Source: Candidatus Poribacteria bacterium (GTDB taxonomy: Bacteria > Poribacteria > WGA-4E > WGA-3G). From it: 64,000 nt of DNA. The stretch spans positions 224,001 through 288,000 of the forward strand of contig CBDBFU010000002.1 in assembly GCA_965205025.1 (NCBI GenBank), written 5' to 3'. The position numbers and the translations under genes are program-made. The notes beneath the pieces were generated by a model. It had not been told where the DNA came from. It saw only the letters and a list, made by a program, of their open reading frames with translations, and searched no databases. Shown here in pieces: positions 30,659-40,531 of the stretch (the stretch's first letter is position 1; each line of letters begins with the position of its first letter).

Positions 30659-32707
30659 TTAGTTTTCCATGCCATTTCTACCGGTCTTACTTTTTGCTGA
30701 AATCTTCTCCCAGTCCCATAACAGCACCGTACCATCACTGCTGCTACTCGCGAGTGTCTTTCCATCATGTGAAAAAACCAAGGCATTGATATTGTCCGTA
30801 TGTCCAGATAGGCTCTTCAAATAGTTACCATTTGTATCCGAAAGCCTGATTCCAGATTCTCCACCTATAAATTGAGTGTCGATGAGTGTTTTTCCGTCGG
30901 GTGAGAATATCAGGACACCACCAATACCTTTATTCCTATGAATAATCCTATCTTGTTCTTGGATACCTGTAGGTGTCACGTTCCATAAAACGATACCTTT
31001 TGAATCACCGAGGGCAAGCATGGTATTGTCGGGTGAAAATGCCAACTTACTATGCTTCTCCATGTTAGGTGGTGTGAGTTCGCGCGGCGTCGTAATATCC
31101 CATACTTGTGTTTTCTGGAAAATCCCGTTAGTAGCAAGAAGTTGTCCATTAGGTGAGAACGTTAATTTCCCTTGGTGTGGTGATCCCGTGCTAAATCGGA
31201 ATACTTCGATGCCTGTGTTCCTGTGCCACCCAATAATACTTCCACTACGATTACTAATGCTGGCAACGAGAATATTGTTGTCAGGTGAGAATATGAGTGA
31301 ATTCGTGTGTCCAACATACTGCCAACGACCAAGTATTTCTTCGCCAGTGGCGACCTTCCATAATTGAAGAAGAGTGCTACTTTGGGAAGTGCTCTTGTAA
31401 CCACCGCTATGTGTCCTGAATGCAATAAAACCTTTACTGCCTTTTCTGGCAAAATAGGATGCATCTGATGAAAGTCCTGTGCCAGCAGTATAGTCACAGT
31501 GGCCATCAGTAAAGGAAACCAATTCATGGTTAGTTTTTAAATCCCATACACCCACAATACCGTTAAAGGCTACCGTTGACAGTTTTGTTCCGTCTTCAGA
31601 AAACGCAACGGATTTCACGGATTCTGTATGTCCGCTTGTAAAGGTGACGAGTTCTTCTCCATTTTTTAGATCCCAGAATCGTATTGTGCCATCGGAGCTA
31701 CCACTTGCAAGACATCCACTATAATGCGGTGCCATATCTGGTATAAATGTTAAAGCACAGATAGTGTTTTTATGCCCTAAAAGGGTAACACGTTCTCTGT
31801 GTGTATCTACATCCCAAAGTTTTATGGCTTTATTCGCATCGCCGCTGGCAAGTGTTTTTCCATCTGCTGAGAATGACACAGCAGTAACCCACCCTTTATG
31901 TCCTCTAAGGGTTGCGAGTTTGGTGCCTTTCTCTGTATCCCACAACTGCACTGTATTGTCTATACAGCCACTCGCTATGATTTTTCTGTCCGGCGAAAAC
32001 GCCAATGTCAGAATACTCCTATCCTCCCTTTCCGAATGACCTTTGACCGCATATCCTTTGAGGTCCAGACGTCGTATACCTGTCGTTGTATCCCATAGAC
32101 GGATTCTACCTTCACGAGTTCCAGTGGCAAGACTGCTACCGTCTTCGGATAATACCACAGACTCGTATGAATCTATCTCTCGATACCTCGACTCTTTACT
32201 GCTGGTATCCAGATTCAAAAGGGGAAAATCCGACACAATCCTGCCAGTGTCCACGTTCCAACGGATAATACTAAAAATGTCAAGACTGATGAGCGTTGTA
32301 TTGTCTTCTGAGATAGCGATTGTGGTAGGTGAACCGGCTGACATGAAGATCGCGTGTTTGCTATCAGTATTCAAATCCCATAGCTGAATATTGGGGTTGT
32401 TAAGTCCGCCACTTGCGAGCATTTTTCCATCTTGTGAGAATGCCAATGCATTTGCTTGCCTAACCCCTTCTGTGAATAAAGCGGTCTCTTTGCCATCCTC
32501 TACATCATATAGCCACACGCCGACATCTGTTCCTACGGCGAGGCGCGTGCCATCAGGTGAAAATCGCATGATGTTAATCCCACCTTTTCCGAGACGCGCG
32601 ATTGCACCTTCAAGTAAACCTACTTGTGTGTTGTCCTGACATAATCCGGTCAAGTGTATTACTACTGTCAATAGAACAGCAATAAAAAGCAGATATTTTG
32701 TTTTCAT
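30659..32707 (-). CDS. Secreted WD40 repeat protein
   Basis: Signal peptide, AIARLGKGG cap, WD40 repeats ending LLWDW. Confidence 0.92.
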   Translation of the reverse strand: MKTKYLLFIAVLLTVVIHLTGLCQDNTQVGLLEGAIARLGKGGINIMRFSPDGTRLAVGTDVGVWLYDVEDGKETALFTEGVRQANALAFSQDGKMLASGGLNNPNIQLWDLNTDSKHAIFMSAGSPTTIAISEDNTTLISLDIFSIIRWNVDTGRIVSDFPLLNLDTSSKESRYREIDSYESVVLSEDGSSLATGTREGRIRLWDTTTGIRRLDLKGYAVKGHSEREDRSILTLAFSPDRKIIASGCIDNTVQLWDTEKGTKLATLRGHKGWVTAVSFSADGKTLASGDANKAIKLWDVDTHRERVTLLGHKNTICALTFIPDMAPHYSGCLASGSSDGTIRFWDLKNGEELVTFTSGHTESVKSVAFSEDGTKLSTVAFNGIVGVWDLKTNHELVSFTDGHCDYTAGTGLSSDASYFARKGSKGFIAFRTHSGGYKSTSQSSTLLQLWKVATGEEILGRWQYVGHTNSLIFSPDNNILVASISNRSGSIIGWHRNTGIEVFRFSTGSPHQGKLTFSPNGQLLATNGIFQKTQVWDITTPRELTPPNMEKHSKLAFSPDNTMLALGDSKGIVLWNVTPTGIQEQDRIIHRNKGIGGVLIFSPDGKTLIDTQFIGGESGIRLSDTNGNYLKSLSGHTDNINALVFSHDGKTLASSSSDGTVLLWDWEKISAKSKTGRNGMEN

Positions 32708-32860
32708 GTGTGAATCTCCTTACTAATCTACCGTGAATTTGATATATAGCAAATTCTAAACATAGGGCAAATTAACTTACGGTTAGGTTTCCTAATCCGG
32801 ATGGGTGAGGGGACCTTGCCTGGACAAGAAGTCCAACATCTTGTTTTTCCAAGCTCATAC

Positions 32861-32980
32861 TCAATTACCTCTGAAGGATACTTCAATATCCAACTCTAAA
32901 TCTGGAATCTGTTTCATGAGATTTTGAAGTGGAGTCATATCTTGAATTGGATTCTCCGCGACCTTTAAACTCGTTATTAT
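32861..32980 (-). pseudogene. 3' remnant of an LRR gene
   Basis: Translates to TSLKVAENPIQDMTPLQNLMKQIPDLELDI, matching the end of 36234-36998 (STLYIKGNPIQDMTPIYKLCQQNPNLKLDI); in-frame stop immediately upstream. Confidence 0.7.
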
Positions 32981-32997
32981 TCACATCTAATTACCCC

Positions 32998-34614
32998 TTA
33001 ATCTATTGCAAAGTCGCTTAACAAAGCGGGTGTAGCTGTATCAAAACCGACAAAATCCAGCATGCCAGCATCTTGGGGGTCAGCAATAGAAAAGTCATTT
33101 GCTACCATTGCTACAACCGCTAATTTTGCGGGTTTCCCCATCTCTTGCCGATACATATCAAGTGCTGTTTTCGGGTGTATATCACCATGCCACGTTTCAT
33201 TATCTGTATAGATAGTGAACATGTCTACCTCAAGCTTGTTCTCTAATGCATATAGCATAGGTAGTGCACAATCAGTGCCTCCGTGCGGTAGTCCAGAAAC
33301 TGCTTTGATAGCACTTGTCAACCTATCGGCTGCAGTAATAGGGATGTGAACGAACTCGTCTGAAAATCCGAAGATATGGTAATTCGGTTCAGTGCGTGCG
33401 GTCACCAATGCCATCGCAGCGGAAGCACGTCTCGGCGTAAGTCCTTGACAACCTGCCACAATACCACCTTTCATTGATCCGGAAACATCAAGTGCTAAGA
33501 ACGTGTTCTTATGACTCGGTTCTACGTTATCAAACGCCATGTAAAATGCAGCGTCTAAACCCTCAACAATCTGCGGAACGGGTTCCCATGTCAAACTTCC
33601 TCTGACTCCTGAACCAGACCTATATGTAGTCAACGCCATCAAAATCTGGATAGGATGGATAAGCGAACGTTGAATCGCATTCGCGGAGAGTCTATCCAAG
33701 ACTATCTGAACTTCTGGTGCAAAAGGTTTCAACAGACCGACTTGCGTCATCTTACCGAGGTTTCGTACCGTTGCCATCACTGGCATGTTAGCTAATAACG
33801 CTGCCCAGACATTTATATCATCCTTCCACTGATTTGGCACCATTTCATGTGTAAATTGATGTTTCTCAATCAAATTGATGACTTCCGCGCGTTTTTGCGT
33901 GCTTTTCAGTTCTTCATATCCAGCAAGTAATTCGGGCAAAGCATCTGTAGCATCGTAAACTGTAGAAACCTTTTCTTCTAAACCGCGATGCACAGTCCGT
34001 TTTTCTGTCCCAAGTCCTTTGATCCAACGGTAGATACCTCGGTTTTCACCGTAGTGACATTTTGAAAGGACATCTGCATGTCGCCAACTATTCCGAGACT
34101 GATATTTGAGAACTTGATACGCTAACGCATCGTCGCCTTTCGTGCGATACCACTCGCCAACTAACCGACGTAATGCTCTACCCCAGCCACGCATACCATC
34201 TATAAACGCTACGAAATTGAAGAGGTGCGTTCCGATACGCGCCACGTCGCAGAATACTTCTTGCACTTTCTGCTTTGTGTCAGCGTTACCGTGGGTGAAA
34301 GCGAGTGCCAATGCATATAAAGCTGGATCGTTTTTCGGTGCGCGTCCAGAAACAGAAATCTCCTTGATTCGTTCAACCACCTGAACCCCATCCTCGGCAA
34401 TGCACTGCTTGACAGAATCAACATTTACTTTTGTCAAATCCTGTTCCGCTGCATAATAGGAGCCACCTTCGGTGCCTAAAATGAGAAACCGGTCCAAATT
34501 TGTCCAGATAGAAACAGGATACGCAAACCCACCAGCCGAGTTTTCGATCTGTCGTTCGTCCAAAGGTTGTCGCTGGTTCGGATGCAATGGTGAATATTTT
34601 CGTAGATAACTCAT
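32998..34614 (-). CDS. rsr: Ro60/TROVE-domain RNA-binding protein
   Basis: NSAGG.AY, RFLILGTEGGSYY, GWGRALRR, KYQSR..W.H, LVRNL-like TVRNLGKMT, vWA MIDAS DVSGS, TDNETW; AAGGAG RBS before ATG 34614. Confidence 0.95.
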   Translation of the reverse strand: MSYLRKYSPLHPNQRQPLDERQIENSAGGFAYPVSIWTNLDRFLILGTEGGSYYAAEQDLTKVNVDSVKQCIAEDGVQVVERIKEISVSGRAPKNDPALYALALAFTHGNADTKQKVQEVFCDVARIGTHLFNFVAFIDGMRGWGRALRRLVGEWYRTKGDDALAYQVLKYQSRNSWRHADVLSKCHYGENRGIYRWIKGLGTEKRTVHRGLEEKVSTVYDATDALPELLAGYEELKSTQKRAEVINLIEKHQFTHEMVPNQWKDDINVWAALLANMPVMATVRNLGKMTQVGLLKPFAPEVQIVLDRLSANAIQRSLIHPIQILMALTTYRSGSGVRGSLTWEPVPQIVEGLDAAFYMAFDNVEPSHKNTFLALDVSGSMKGGIVAGCQGLTPRRASAAMALVTARTEPNYHIFGFSDEFVHIPITAADRLTSAIKAVSGLPHGGTDCALPMLYALENKLEVDMFTIYTDNETWHGDIHPKTALDMYRQEMGKPAKLAVVAMVANDFSIADPQDAGMLDFVGFDTATPALLSDFAID

Positions 34615-34634
34615 GATTTTACTCCTTTGATGGA

Positions 34635-34704
34635 GCACGGGCAAGGTGTGTATTACGGGTTTTAACGGTTATTGATAAAGTTAACGTAATACTTCGGCCC
34701 GCAC
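34635..34704 (-). ncRNA. Minimal Y RNA-like gene (Ro-binding stem plus 24-nt loop)
   Basis: CGGGCCGAAGUAUUACG...CGUAAUACACACCUUGCCCG: GNCGAAG on the 5' strand, CUUGCC on the 3' strand, paired ends; directly upstream of Ro60. Confidence 0.75.
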
Positions 34705-34711
34705 AACGGGA

Positions 34712-34836
34712 ACTCTGGATAAGTAAAGAGAATACGGGTACGCTCTACCGCTGAGCTACAGCAGGTTTCGCATTACACACAACCTGCTGACAGGAGTCGA
34801 ACCTGCCACCCACCACGCATTCATTCGACCCAGAGT
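34712..34836 (-). ncRNA. yrlA: YrlA-type Y RNA with permuted tRNA-like domain
   Basis: ACUCUGGGUCGAAUG...; T arm GCAGG-UUCGACU-CCUGU precedes a loop-closed acceptor-like stem CAGCAGG/CCUGCUG and D arm UAGCUCAGCGGUAGAGC; 3' CUUAUCCAGAGU pairs with the 5' end. Confidence 0.9.
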
Positions 34837-34869
34837 AATGCTTTTGTTCATATATTCAATTTTCATATA

Positions 34870-34944
34870 TTAACGGGCAAGGTGTGTATTACGTGTTTTC
34901 CGTTGGCCAAACGGAGTAGATAACGTAATACTTCGGCCCGTTAA
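34870..34944 (-). ncRNA. Minimal Y RNA-like gene (Ro-binding stem plus 27-nt hairpin loop)
   Basis: Both 20-nt arms identical to the 34635-34704 copy; loop contains UCCGUU-UGGCC-AACGGA. Confidence 0.75.
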
Positions 34945-35005
34945 AGACGGTTGATTTTCAATATCACATATCTTCATTCAGCTTCTGTATAGTTGAAAAT
35001 ACGAA

Positions 35006-36095
35006 CAGGACTTACGCAGTTTTAAATTTTATTGAAGGATTTGAGAGTTGATGTTTTAAGTAATCACTCAATAAACCATCTTTAAACTCGTAAATCTTTT
35101 GTCCAACAGCACGTACAACACGCGTCATAAAGACCCATACTTGGAAACTACACGCAATATGATTTCTCTGGGCACGCACCTTACGACATTGGCATTTACC
35201 AATACCGGTTACTTGTTTCATCTCACGATGAAGGAGTTCAATCTTCCAACGGAGACGACACTTTTGGTGAGTCATATCCACATTTGATTGTGTCAAATCG
35301 TTTGTCACTATATATTCCGTGCGTCCGGTATCAGACACAAACCGGAATAACTTTACGACAGAACCTTTCGGAAAGTTTTTGAGATGTACGCGTTTACCGC
35401 TTTTCTTTTCTGCTTGAGACCAAGATAGATCTTTGACTGCCTTGTGAGGTTCTACACCTTTGGTATCATTCACAAGACGGTTTCGTTTCAACGGAACATA
35501 ATAGATCTTAGAAAGTCTATCAATCGCTTTCATCACTTTCATGGACGCATACCAAGAGTCCATCAAGACTGTCCGGAATGGGAGTTGTTTCTTAGAATAA
35601 GCATCGTGCAACATATCCAATAAATGATCGATTTTGGTTTTACCGTCATGATCTCTGTCAAAAATACGGTAATCAATGACCCAATATTCCTGTGTCTTAG
35701 GGTTGACATAGAGACAGGTGACAATACCGATACCTTGAATCACCTTTCTGTCACTACCACTCCATTGAGAGCGTACTATTTCAATCCGTTTAGAATGTAT
35801 TTTTGACAGCACAACATCATCAAAAATCAGGTATCCTTCTTCATCAAAGTCGATGTCGTCTTTGACGGATGCCCAGAGTTCACTTGTAGGAATGTTTTCG
35901 TCTCTCAGAAAGCGATTGAGTTGATCGTGGCTCCAACGGTCTGTATGTTTAGCAAAATAAGTTTGTGTAAAATTAGTGAAACTTGAAAACAAATATTGAC
36001 AATAATCGGAAAATAAGTCTTGCTTCTTTTTAGAATGTGTAAATGTGTTCATAATCAATAAGAATAACACATTTTGTAATTTTGCGTAAGTCCTG
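35006..36095 (-). mobile_element. IS701-family insertion sequence, apparently complete
   Basis: 13-bp TIRs CAGGACTTACGCA / TGCGTAAGTCCTG; 6-bp target duplication TACGAA at 35000-35005 and 36096-36101. Confidence 0.9.
35012..36052 (-). CDS. IS701-family DDE transposase
   Basis: SHDQLNRFL, YLIFDD, VLMDSWY, RWKIELLHREMKQVTG..CQCR...QRNHI; stop codon lies inside the TIR. Confidence 0.9.
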   Translation of the reverse strand: MNTFTHSKKKQDLFSDYCQYLFSSFTNFTQTYFAKHTDRWSHDQLNRFLRDENIPTSELWASVKDDIDFDEEGYLIFDDVVLSKIHSKRIEIVRSQWSGSDRKVIQGIGIVTCLYVNPKTQEYWVIDYRIFDRDHDGKTKIDHLLDMLHDAYSKKQLPFRTVLMDSWYASMKVMKAIDRLSKIYYVPLKRNRLVNDTKGVEPHKAVKDLSWSQAEKKSGKRVHLKNFPKGSVVKLFRFVSDTGRTEYIVTNDLTQSNVDMTHQKCRLRWKIELLHREMKQVTGIGKCQCRKVRAQRNHIACSFQVWVFMTRVVRAVGQKIYEFKDGLLSDYLKHQLSNPSIKFKTA

Positions 36096-36233
36096 TACGA
36101 ATAAGCATCCATATCAATAAAACAAAATTATAAATAAACCAAGAATAACGAGTAAACCGAACATTATTATCACATGATAAGGTATAAAAATGAAAGCTGA
36201 AATGGATTCAATCCCACACAATACACGATTAAT

Positions 36234-36998
36234 CTATAATACAATGTCGAGTTTCAAGTTCGGATTCTGTTGACAAAGCTTGTAAATCGGGGTCATGTCC
36301 TGAATTGGGTTCCCCTTGATATACAAGGTGCTTAAACTCGGTAAGTTCTCAATAATACTAACATCTCTGATGTTATTGTTTGCAATGCATAACCGTCTTA
36401 GCTTCAGCAATCTGGAAAGTGGTGTAATGTCATTTATGTGACACCCTTCAATACTTAAATCAGAAAGTTGTGTAAATTCTGATAGTTGACTAATGTCGTT
36501 GCTAATCTGAAGTCGATTCATTGATAATGAAATCAGCAATGGAAATCGTCTGAGTATTCTATAAATGTGTGATAAATCTTGTATAGGATTCGTTCCAAGA
36601 TATAATGACCGAAGCTCCTTCAAACCAGCAATTGGAGTAAAGTCACTGATCTTATTAATGTTTAAAAATAAAGTCTGAAGCTGCGTCAAACTTGAAAGTG
36701 GTGTAATATCCTTAATTTTATTATCACGTAGATTTAAGTGCGTCAACTTATTCAAATTCGCTAAAGGTCTGATGTCCTCAATTTCATTATTACTATATAG
36801 ATGTAACATCTTCAACTCTGTCAAATGTTCAATTCCTGTTAGATCGCTAACATAAAAGTAAACAGCAGTCAGTTTCTCCACACTTGTTAGACTCTCTACT
36901 GAAATTGGTTCATCCGTATCCAAGCCAATTGCCCCTCTGATTAGTTTAGCTAATCTTGGATCGGGTATATGGATATATTCTTTATTAGATTTATTCAT
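36234..36998 (-). CDS. Internalin-like leucine-rich repeat protein
   Basis: IPDPRL cap and LxxLxxLxLxxNxIxDIxPL repeats. Confidence 0.93.
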   Translation of the reverse strand: MNKSNKEYIHIPDPRLAKLIRGAIGLDTDEPISVESLTSVEKLTAVYFYVSDLTGIEHLTELKMLHLYSNNEIEDIRPLANLNKLTHLNLRDNKIKDITPLSSLTQLQTLFLNINKISDFTPIAGLKELRSLYLGTNPIQDLSHIYRILRRFPLLISLSMNRLQISNDISQLSEFTQLSDLSIEGCHINDITPLSRLLKLRRLCIANNNIRDVSIIENLPSLSTLYIKGNPIQDMTPIYKLCQQNPNLKLDIVL

Positions 36999-37061
36999 TA
37001 CTTTGCTAATTTATGGTAAAATTTCAATTTAAATGATAGATGCGCGAACACCTGCCTTATC

Positions 37062-39788
37062 TTATTTTGTTATGGTGACATCCCACAACAATACCGTGCC
37101 ATCCCTGCTCCCGCTGGCAATAAACTTACCTTCAGGACCAAACACCACACTATAGACCCCAGCCGTGTGTCCACTCAGGGTATGTAGTAGTTCACCTGTG
37201 CTGGCATCCCATAAACGGATTGTGCCATCGCCGCTCCCGCTGGCAATAAACTTACCATCAGGACTAAAAGGCACGCTATAAACCCAACCAGTACTTCCAT
37301 TCAGGGTATGTAGTAGCTCACTTGTGCTAACATCCCATAAACGGATTGTGCCATCGTAACTCCCACTGGCAAGCACCTGACCATCAGGACTAAAAGATAC
37401 ACCATTGACCCCAGCCGTATGTCCATTCAGGGTATGTAGTAGCTTGCCTGTGTTAAGATTCCATAACCTAAGTGTTTCGTCCAAACTTCCACTGGCAAGC
37501 ACTTGTCCATCAGGACTAAATGATACATCATTGACCCCAGCCGTATGCCCACTCAGGGTATATAGTAACTCACCTGTGTTAAGATCCCATAGGTGAATCG
37601 TTGCGTCCGTGCCCCCGCTGACAAGCAACTGACCATCGGGACTAAAAGAGAGACTTTTGACCGTAGCAGTATGTCCTTCGAAGGCAATATGTCCTTCTAT
37701 CGTGCGGTGCAGCACACCTGTACTAACATCCCATAAGCGAATCAGTCCATCAATGCTACCACTGGCAAGTACTTTTCCATCAGGACTAAATGATACACTA
37801 TAGACATCCGCCCAAGCTGCCGACAGCGCATGTAAGTGTCTACCCGTGCTAATATCCCATAAATGGATCATGTTATCGTCGCCTCCACTGGCAAGGAGTT
37901 GGCCATCAGGACTAAAGGATACGTTAAAGACCCAACTTGTATGCCCTTCAATGGCATGGTGTAGCACACCTGTCCTAACATGCCATAAACGGATTACCGT
38001 ATCCCCACTTCCACTGGCAAGGATCCGTCCATCAGGACTAAAAGACACGCTACATGTCTCATATATATGTACATTCAAGGTTTGCAGTAATTCACCTGCG
38101 CTGACAACCCATAAGCGGATCGTGTCATCGTCACTACCACTGGCAAGCAGTCGCCCATCGGGACTAAACGATACACTGCAGACATCAGCCGTATGCCCGT
38201 CAAGTGTGCGGTGCATCTCACCTGTGCTAACATCCCATAAACAGACTGTGTTATCCCCACTTCCACTGGCAAGGAGTTGACCATCAGGACTAAAAGATAC
38301 ACTATGAACATCAGCAGCATGTCCATTCAGGATTTTCAGTGATGCCCCCGTACCAACATCCCATATGCGAATCGTGTCATCGTTGCTCCCACTGGCAAGG
38401 AGTTGACCATCAGGACTAAAGGACACACTGTTGACCAAATCGGCATGCTTATCAAGTGTGCGGTGTAGCACACCCGTGTTAACATCCCATAAACAAATCG
38501 TTGCATCTGTGCTCCCACTGGCAAGCAACTGTTCATTAGGACTAAAAGACACACTGTTGACACCAGCCGTATGTGAACTAAAAGTGTGCAAGTGTTTACC
38601 TGTGTTACCATCCCATAAACGGACCGTGGTATCCTCACTGCCACTGGCAAGCAGTCGTCCATCGGGACTAAAAGACACACAGTTGACACCAGCAGTGTGT
38701 CCTGTAAGCAGTTCACGTGGTTCACCGGTCTGTACGTCATATATCCAAATACCGATACTGCTTGCAACTGCCAGTCGCGTGCTATCTGGAGAATATGCTG
38801 CTTCCGCTACCCCTCCTTTGCCGAAACGCATTTCTGCATCTTTTGGTAGACTCCATCGCGTGTAGTTGCTTTGATTGCCTAAAATCTGGTTTGCTTCCTG
38901 TGCAGAACTACCACCCTTATCGCTATCATCAGAAGCTACTCCTAACTGATTTCGAACCTTAGGTTGCTCCTCAGGATTCAGCACAACAGGTGCATCAATT
39001 AATTCTACCACCAATTCAGATTGAGAATCCAAACTATAGGGATGTTGGAAACGTGCTAAGTATCGGTTACCCAATCCGAGTATCAGTACAATCAAGATCG
39101 CACTTGATGCAGCAATTGCCCATGGCACTAAAGGTTTGCTACTGGACGGTGCAGCAGGTTTGATACGCGAAATCTCTTGCATAATATTTTTTGTAAGTTG
39201 TGTAGGTAGTTGGAAACTACTGAGGTTTTCGTTTATCACCGTTTCTTCATTCCTTAATCTGTTGCGTGCCCGGTGGAGTCGACTGCGAACAGTATTTGTT
39301 GATACTCCCAAAAACTTTCCGATATCTTCACATGTCATTTCAGCGATGTAATACAGATTGACGACTGTCCTCTCACTTTCTTGAAGCTTACTTAGCAACC
39401 TCTGAACCAGCTCTCGTCGTTTTTGATTTGCTGATTCTTCGCGTTGTTGGGTTATATACACTGAATAATACACCTCCTCTAATACACTGGGATTCATCGC
39501 TTCTAACGACTGTGGTTGTGGTTTTTTCTTTCGGTGCCACGCGATACATGTGCGGTTGACAATGACATAGAGCCATCCCGCAAAACTATTAGGGTTTTTC
39601 AGCGTTGTAAGCTTATGATATGCTGTAAGAAACACATCCTGCGTAATCTCTTGCGCTATGTGAAAATCACCAATCTTCTGCCACGCTAATACATGTATCT
39701 GTTTTTGGTATTTTTCCACAAGCGCAGCAAACGCTTGCTGATCCCCTTCTAAAGTATGTTGAATCAGGTCCGCATCATCATATTTCAT
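37062..39788 (-). CDS. ECF sigma-70 factor fused via a TM helix to WD40 repeats
   Basis: Sigma2 (GDQQAFAALVEKY...AQEITQDVF), sigma4 (LQESER...GVSTNTVRSRLHRA), TM PWAIAASSAILIVLILG, regular WD40 repeats. Confidence 0.92.
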   Translation of the reverse strand: MKYDDADLIQHTLEGDQQAFAALVEKYQKQIHVLAWQKIGDFHIAQEITQDVFLTAYHKLTTLKNPNSFAGWLYVIVNRTCIAWHRKKKPQPQSLEAMNPSVLEEVYYSVYITQQREESANQKRRELVQRLLSKLQESERTVVNLYYIAEMTCEDIGKFLGVSTNTVRSRLHRARNRLRNEETVINENLSSFQLPTQLTKNIMQEISRIKPAAPSSSKPLVPWAIAASSAILIVLILGLGNRYLARFQHPYSLDSQSELVVELIDAPVVLNPEEQPKVRNQLGVASDDSDKGGSSAQEANQILGNQSNYTRWSLPKDAEMRFGKGGVAEAAYSPDSTRLAVASSIGIWIYDVQTGEPRELLTGHTAGVNCVSFSPDGRLLASGSEDTTVRLWDGNTGKHLHTFSSHTAGVNSVSFSPNEQLLASGSTDATICLWDVNTGVLHRTLDKHADLVNSVSFSPDGQLLASGSNDDTIRIWDVGTGASLKILNGHAADVHSVSFSPDGQLLASGSGDNTVCLWDVSTGEMHRTLDGHTADVCSVSFSPDGRLLASGSDDDTIRLWVVSAGELLQTLNVHIYETCSVSFSPDGRILASGSGDTVIRLWHVRTGVLHHAIEGHTSWVFNVSFSPDGQLLASGGDDNMIHLWDISTGRHLHALSAAWADVYSVSFSPDGKVLASGSIDGLIRLWDVSTGVLHRTIEGHIAFEGHTATVKSLSFSPDGQLLVSGGTDATIHLWDLNTGELLYTLSGHTAGVNDVSFSPDGQVLASGSLDETLRLWNLNTGKLLHTLNGHTAGVNGVSFSPDGQVLASGSYDGTIRLWDVSTSELLHTLNGSTGWVYSVPFSPDGKFIASGSGDGTIRLWDASTGELLHTLSGHTAGVYSVVFGPEGKFIASGSRDGTVLLWDVTITK

Positions 39789-39828
39789 CTAAAACCTCAA
39801 TACGCAAATTGGTCATTTGATTCATATA

Positions 39829-39856
39829 GACGCGATTTTGTGATGCAGAATTGCAT
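39829..39856 (-). promoter_or_regulatory. Putative ECF autoregulatory promoter TGCAAT-N15-CGCGTC
   Basis: Related motif at a similar position upstream of all five sigma-WD40 genes. Confidence 0.6.
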
Positions 39857-39918
39857 ATTTCGAAGAAAAAATCGAATTTTAATGGAAGAACGATTATTAT
39901 TTACACACCATGTCTGTT

Positions 39919-40398
39919 CTAATGCGTTTCATTCTTACGTTCAGGTTCAAGGTATTGACGGTTAAAATCTATCACTATATCTTTACAGAACTCATCCAGC
40001 TGCTCCAGCGATGGCTTGCCGACAGGGGTATAGAACCCTAATAATCCTTCAGCACCTTCATAAAAGCATATAGATATTTCTACAACGGGTAAATGTTGTT
40101 CATTCTCCCATTCGCGATAAGATATGTTGAATACGATCTGTACAAAATATGCCCAATCTTCTTTTACATCATTCTTAACAATCTTAACATCACCGAGACC
40201 CACTAACTCTTGTTCAATATATTTTTGAAGGGCTTCTCTAAAATTGGTCGTCTCATGTTTATCTTTTGAGCGGTCAGTTTTAATACCTTCTTGATAGCAA
40301 GACGTAACTCTGACAGCAACTAAGAACTTATTTTCAATCTTCGTCCGTCTGATCTTAGATTTATAAGATGCAGTCTTTGGAAATTTATCCGTTTCCAT
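39919..40398 (-). CDS. Hypothetical protein
   Basis: 159-aa ORF with AAGGAG RBS; no family recognised. Confidence 0.6.
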   Translation of the reverse strand: METDKFPKTASYKSKIRRTKIENKFLVAVRVTSCYQEGIKTDRSKDKHETTNFREALQKYIEQELVGLGDVKIVKNDVKEDWAYFVQIVFNISYREWENEQHLPVVEISICFYEGAEGLLGFYTPVGKPSLEQLDEFCKDIVIDFNRQYLEPERKNETH

Positions 40399-40531
40399 TA
40401 TCGCAACTCCTTTGTATTAGATTGTAATATGCGCAATGAATTGCGCGACTACAAACGCTGTAATTCTAAATTTTGGACAATTCCGCGTGTCCGCTTAGTA
40501 GATTGTTTTTAACTTGTAAGACCTCAGGCAT

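Noticed and set aside
34615-34644. Longer Ro60 start at 34644; similarly extended starts at 36112, 28909, 26609, 43495 and 2466
   Set aside because: They overlap ncRNA, IS ends or adjacent genes, or lack an RBS; downstream ATGs have clear RBS or homology support
34635-34944. CRISPR array or true tRNA gene upstream of Ro60
   Set aside because: Only two repeat pairs, forming stems around inserts; no cas genes; the tRNA-like part has T arm before D arm and no anticodon arm or free acceptor end, which fits YrlA
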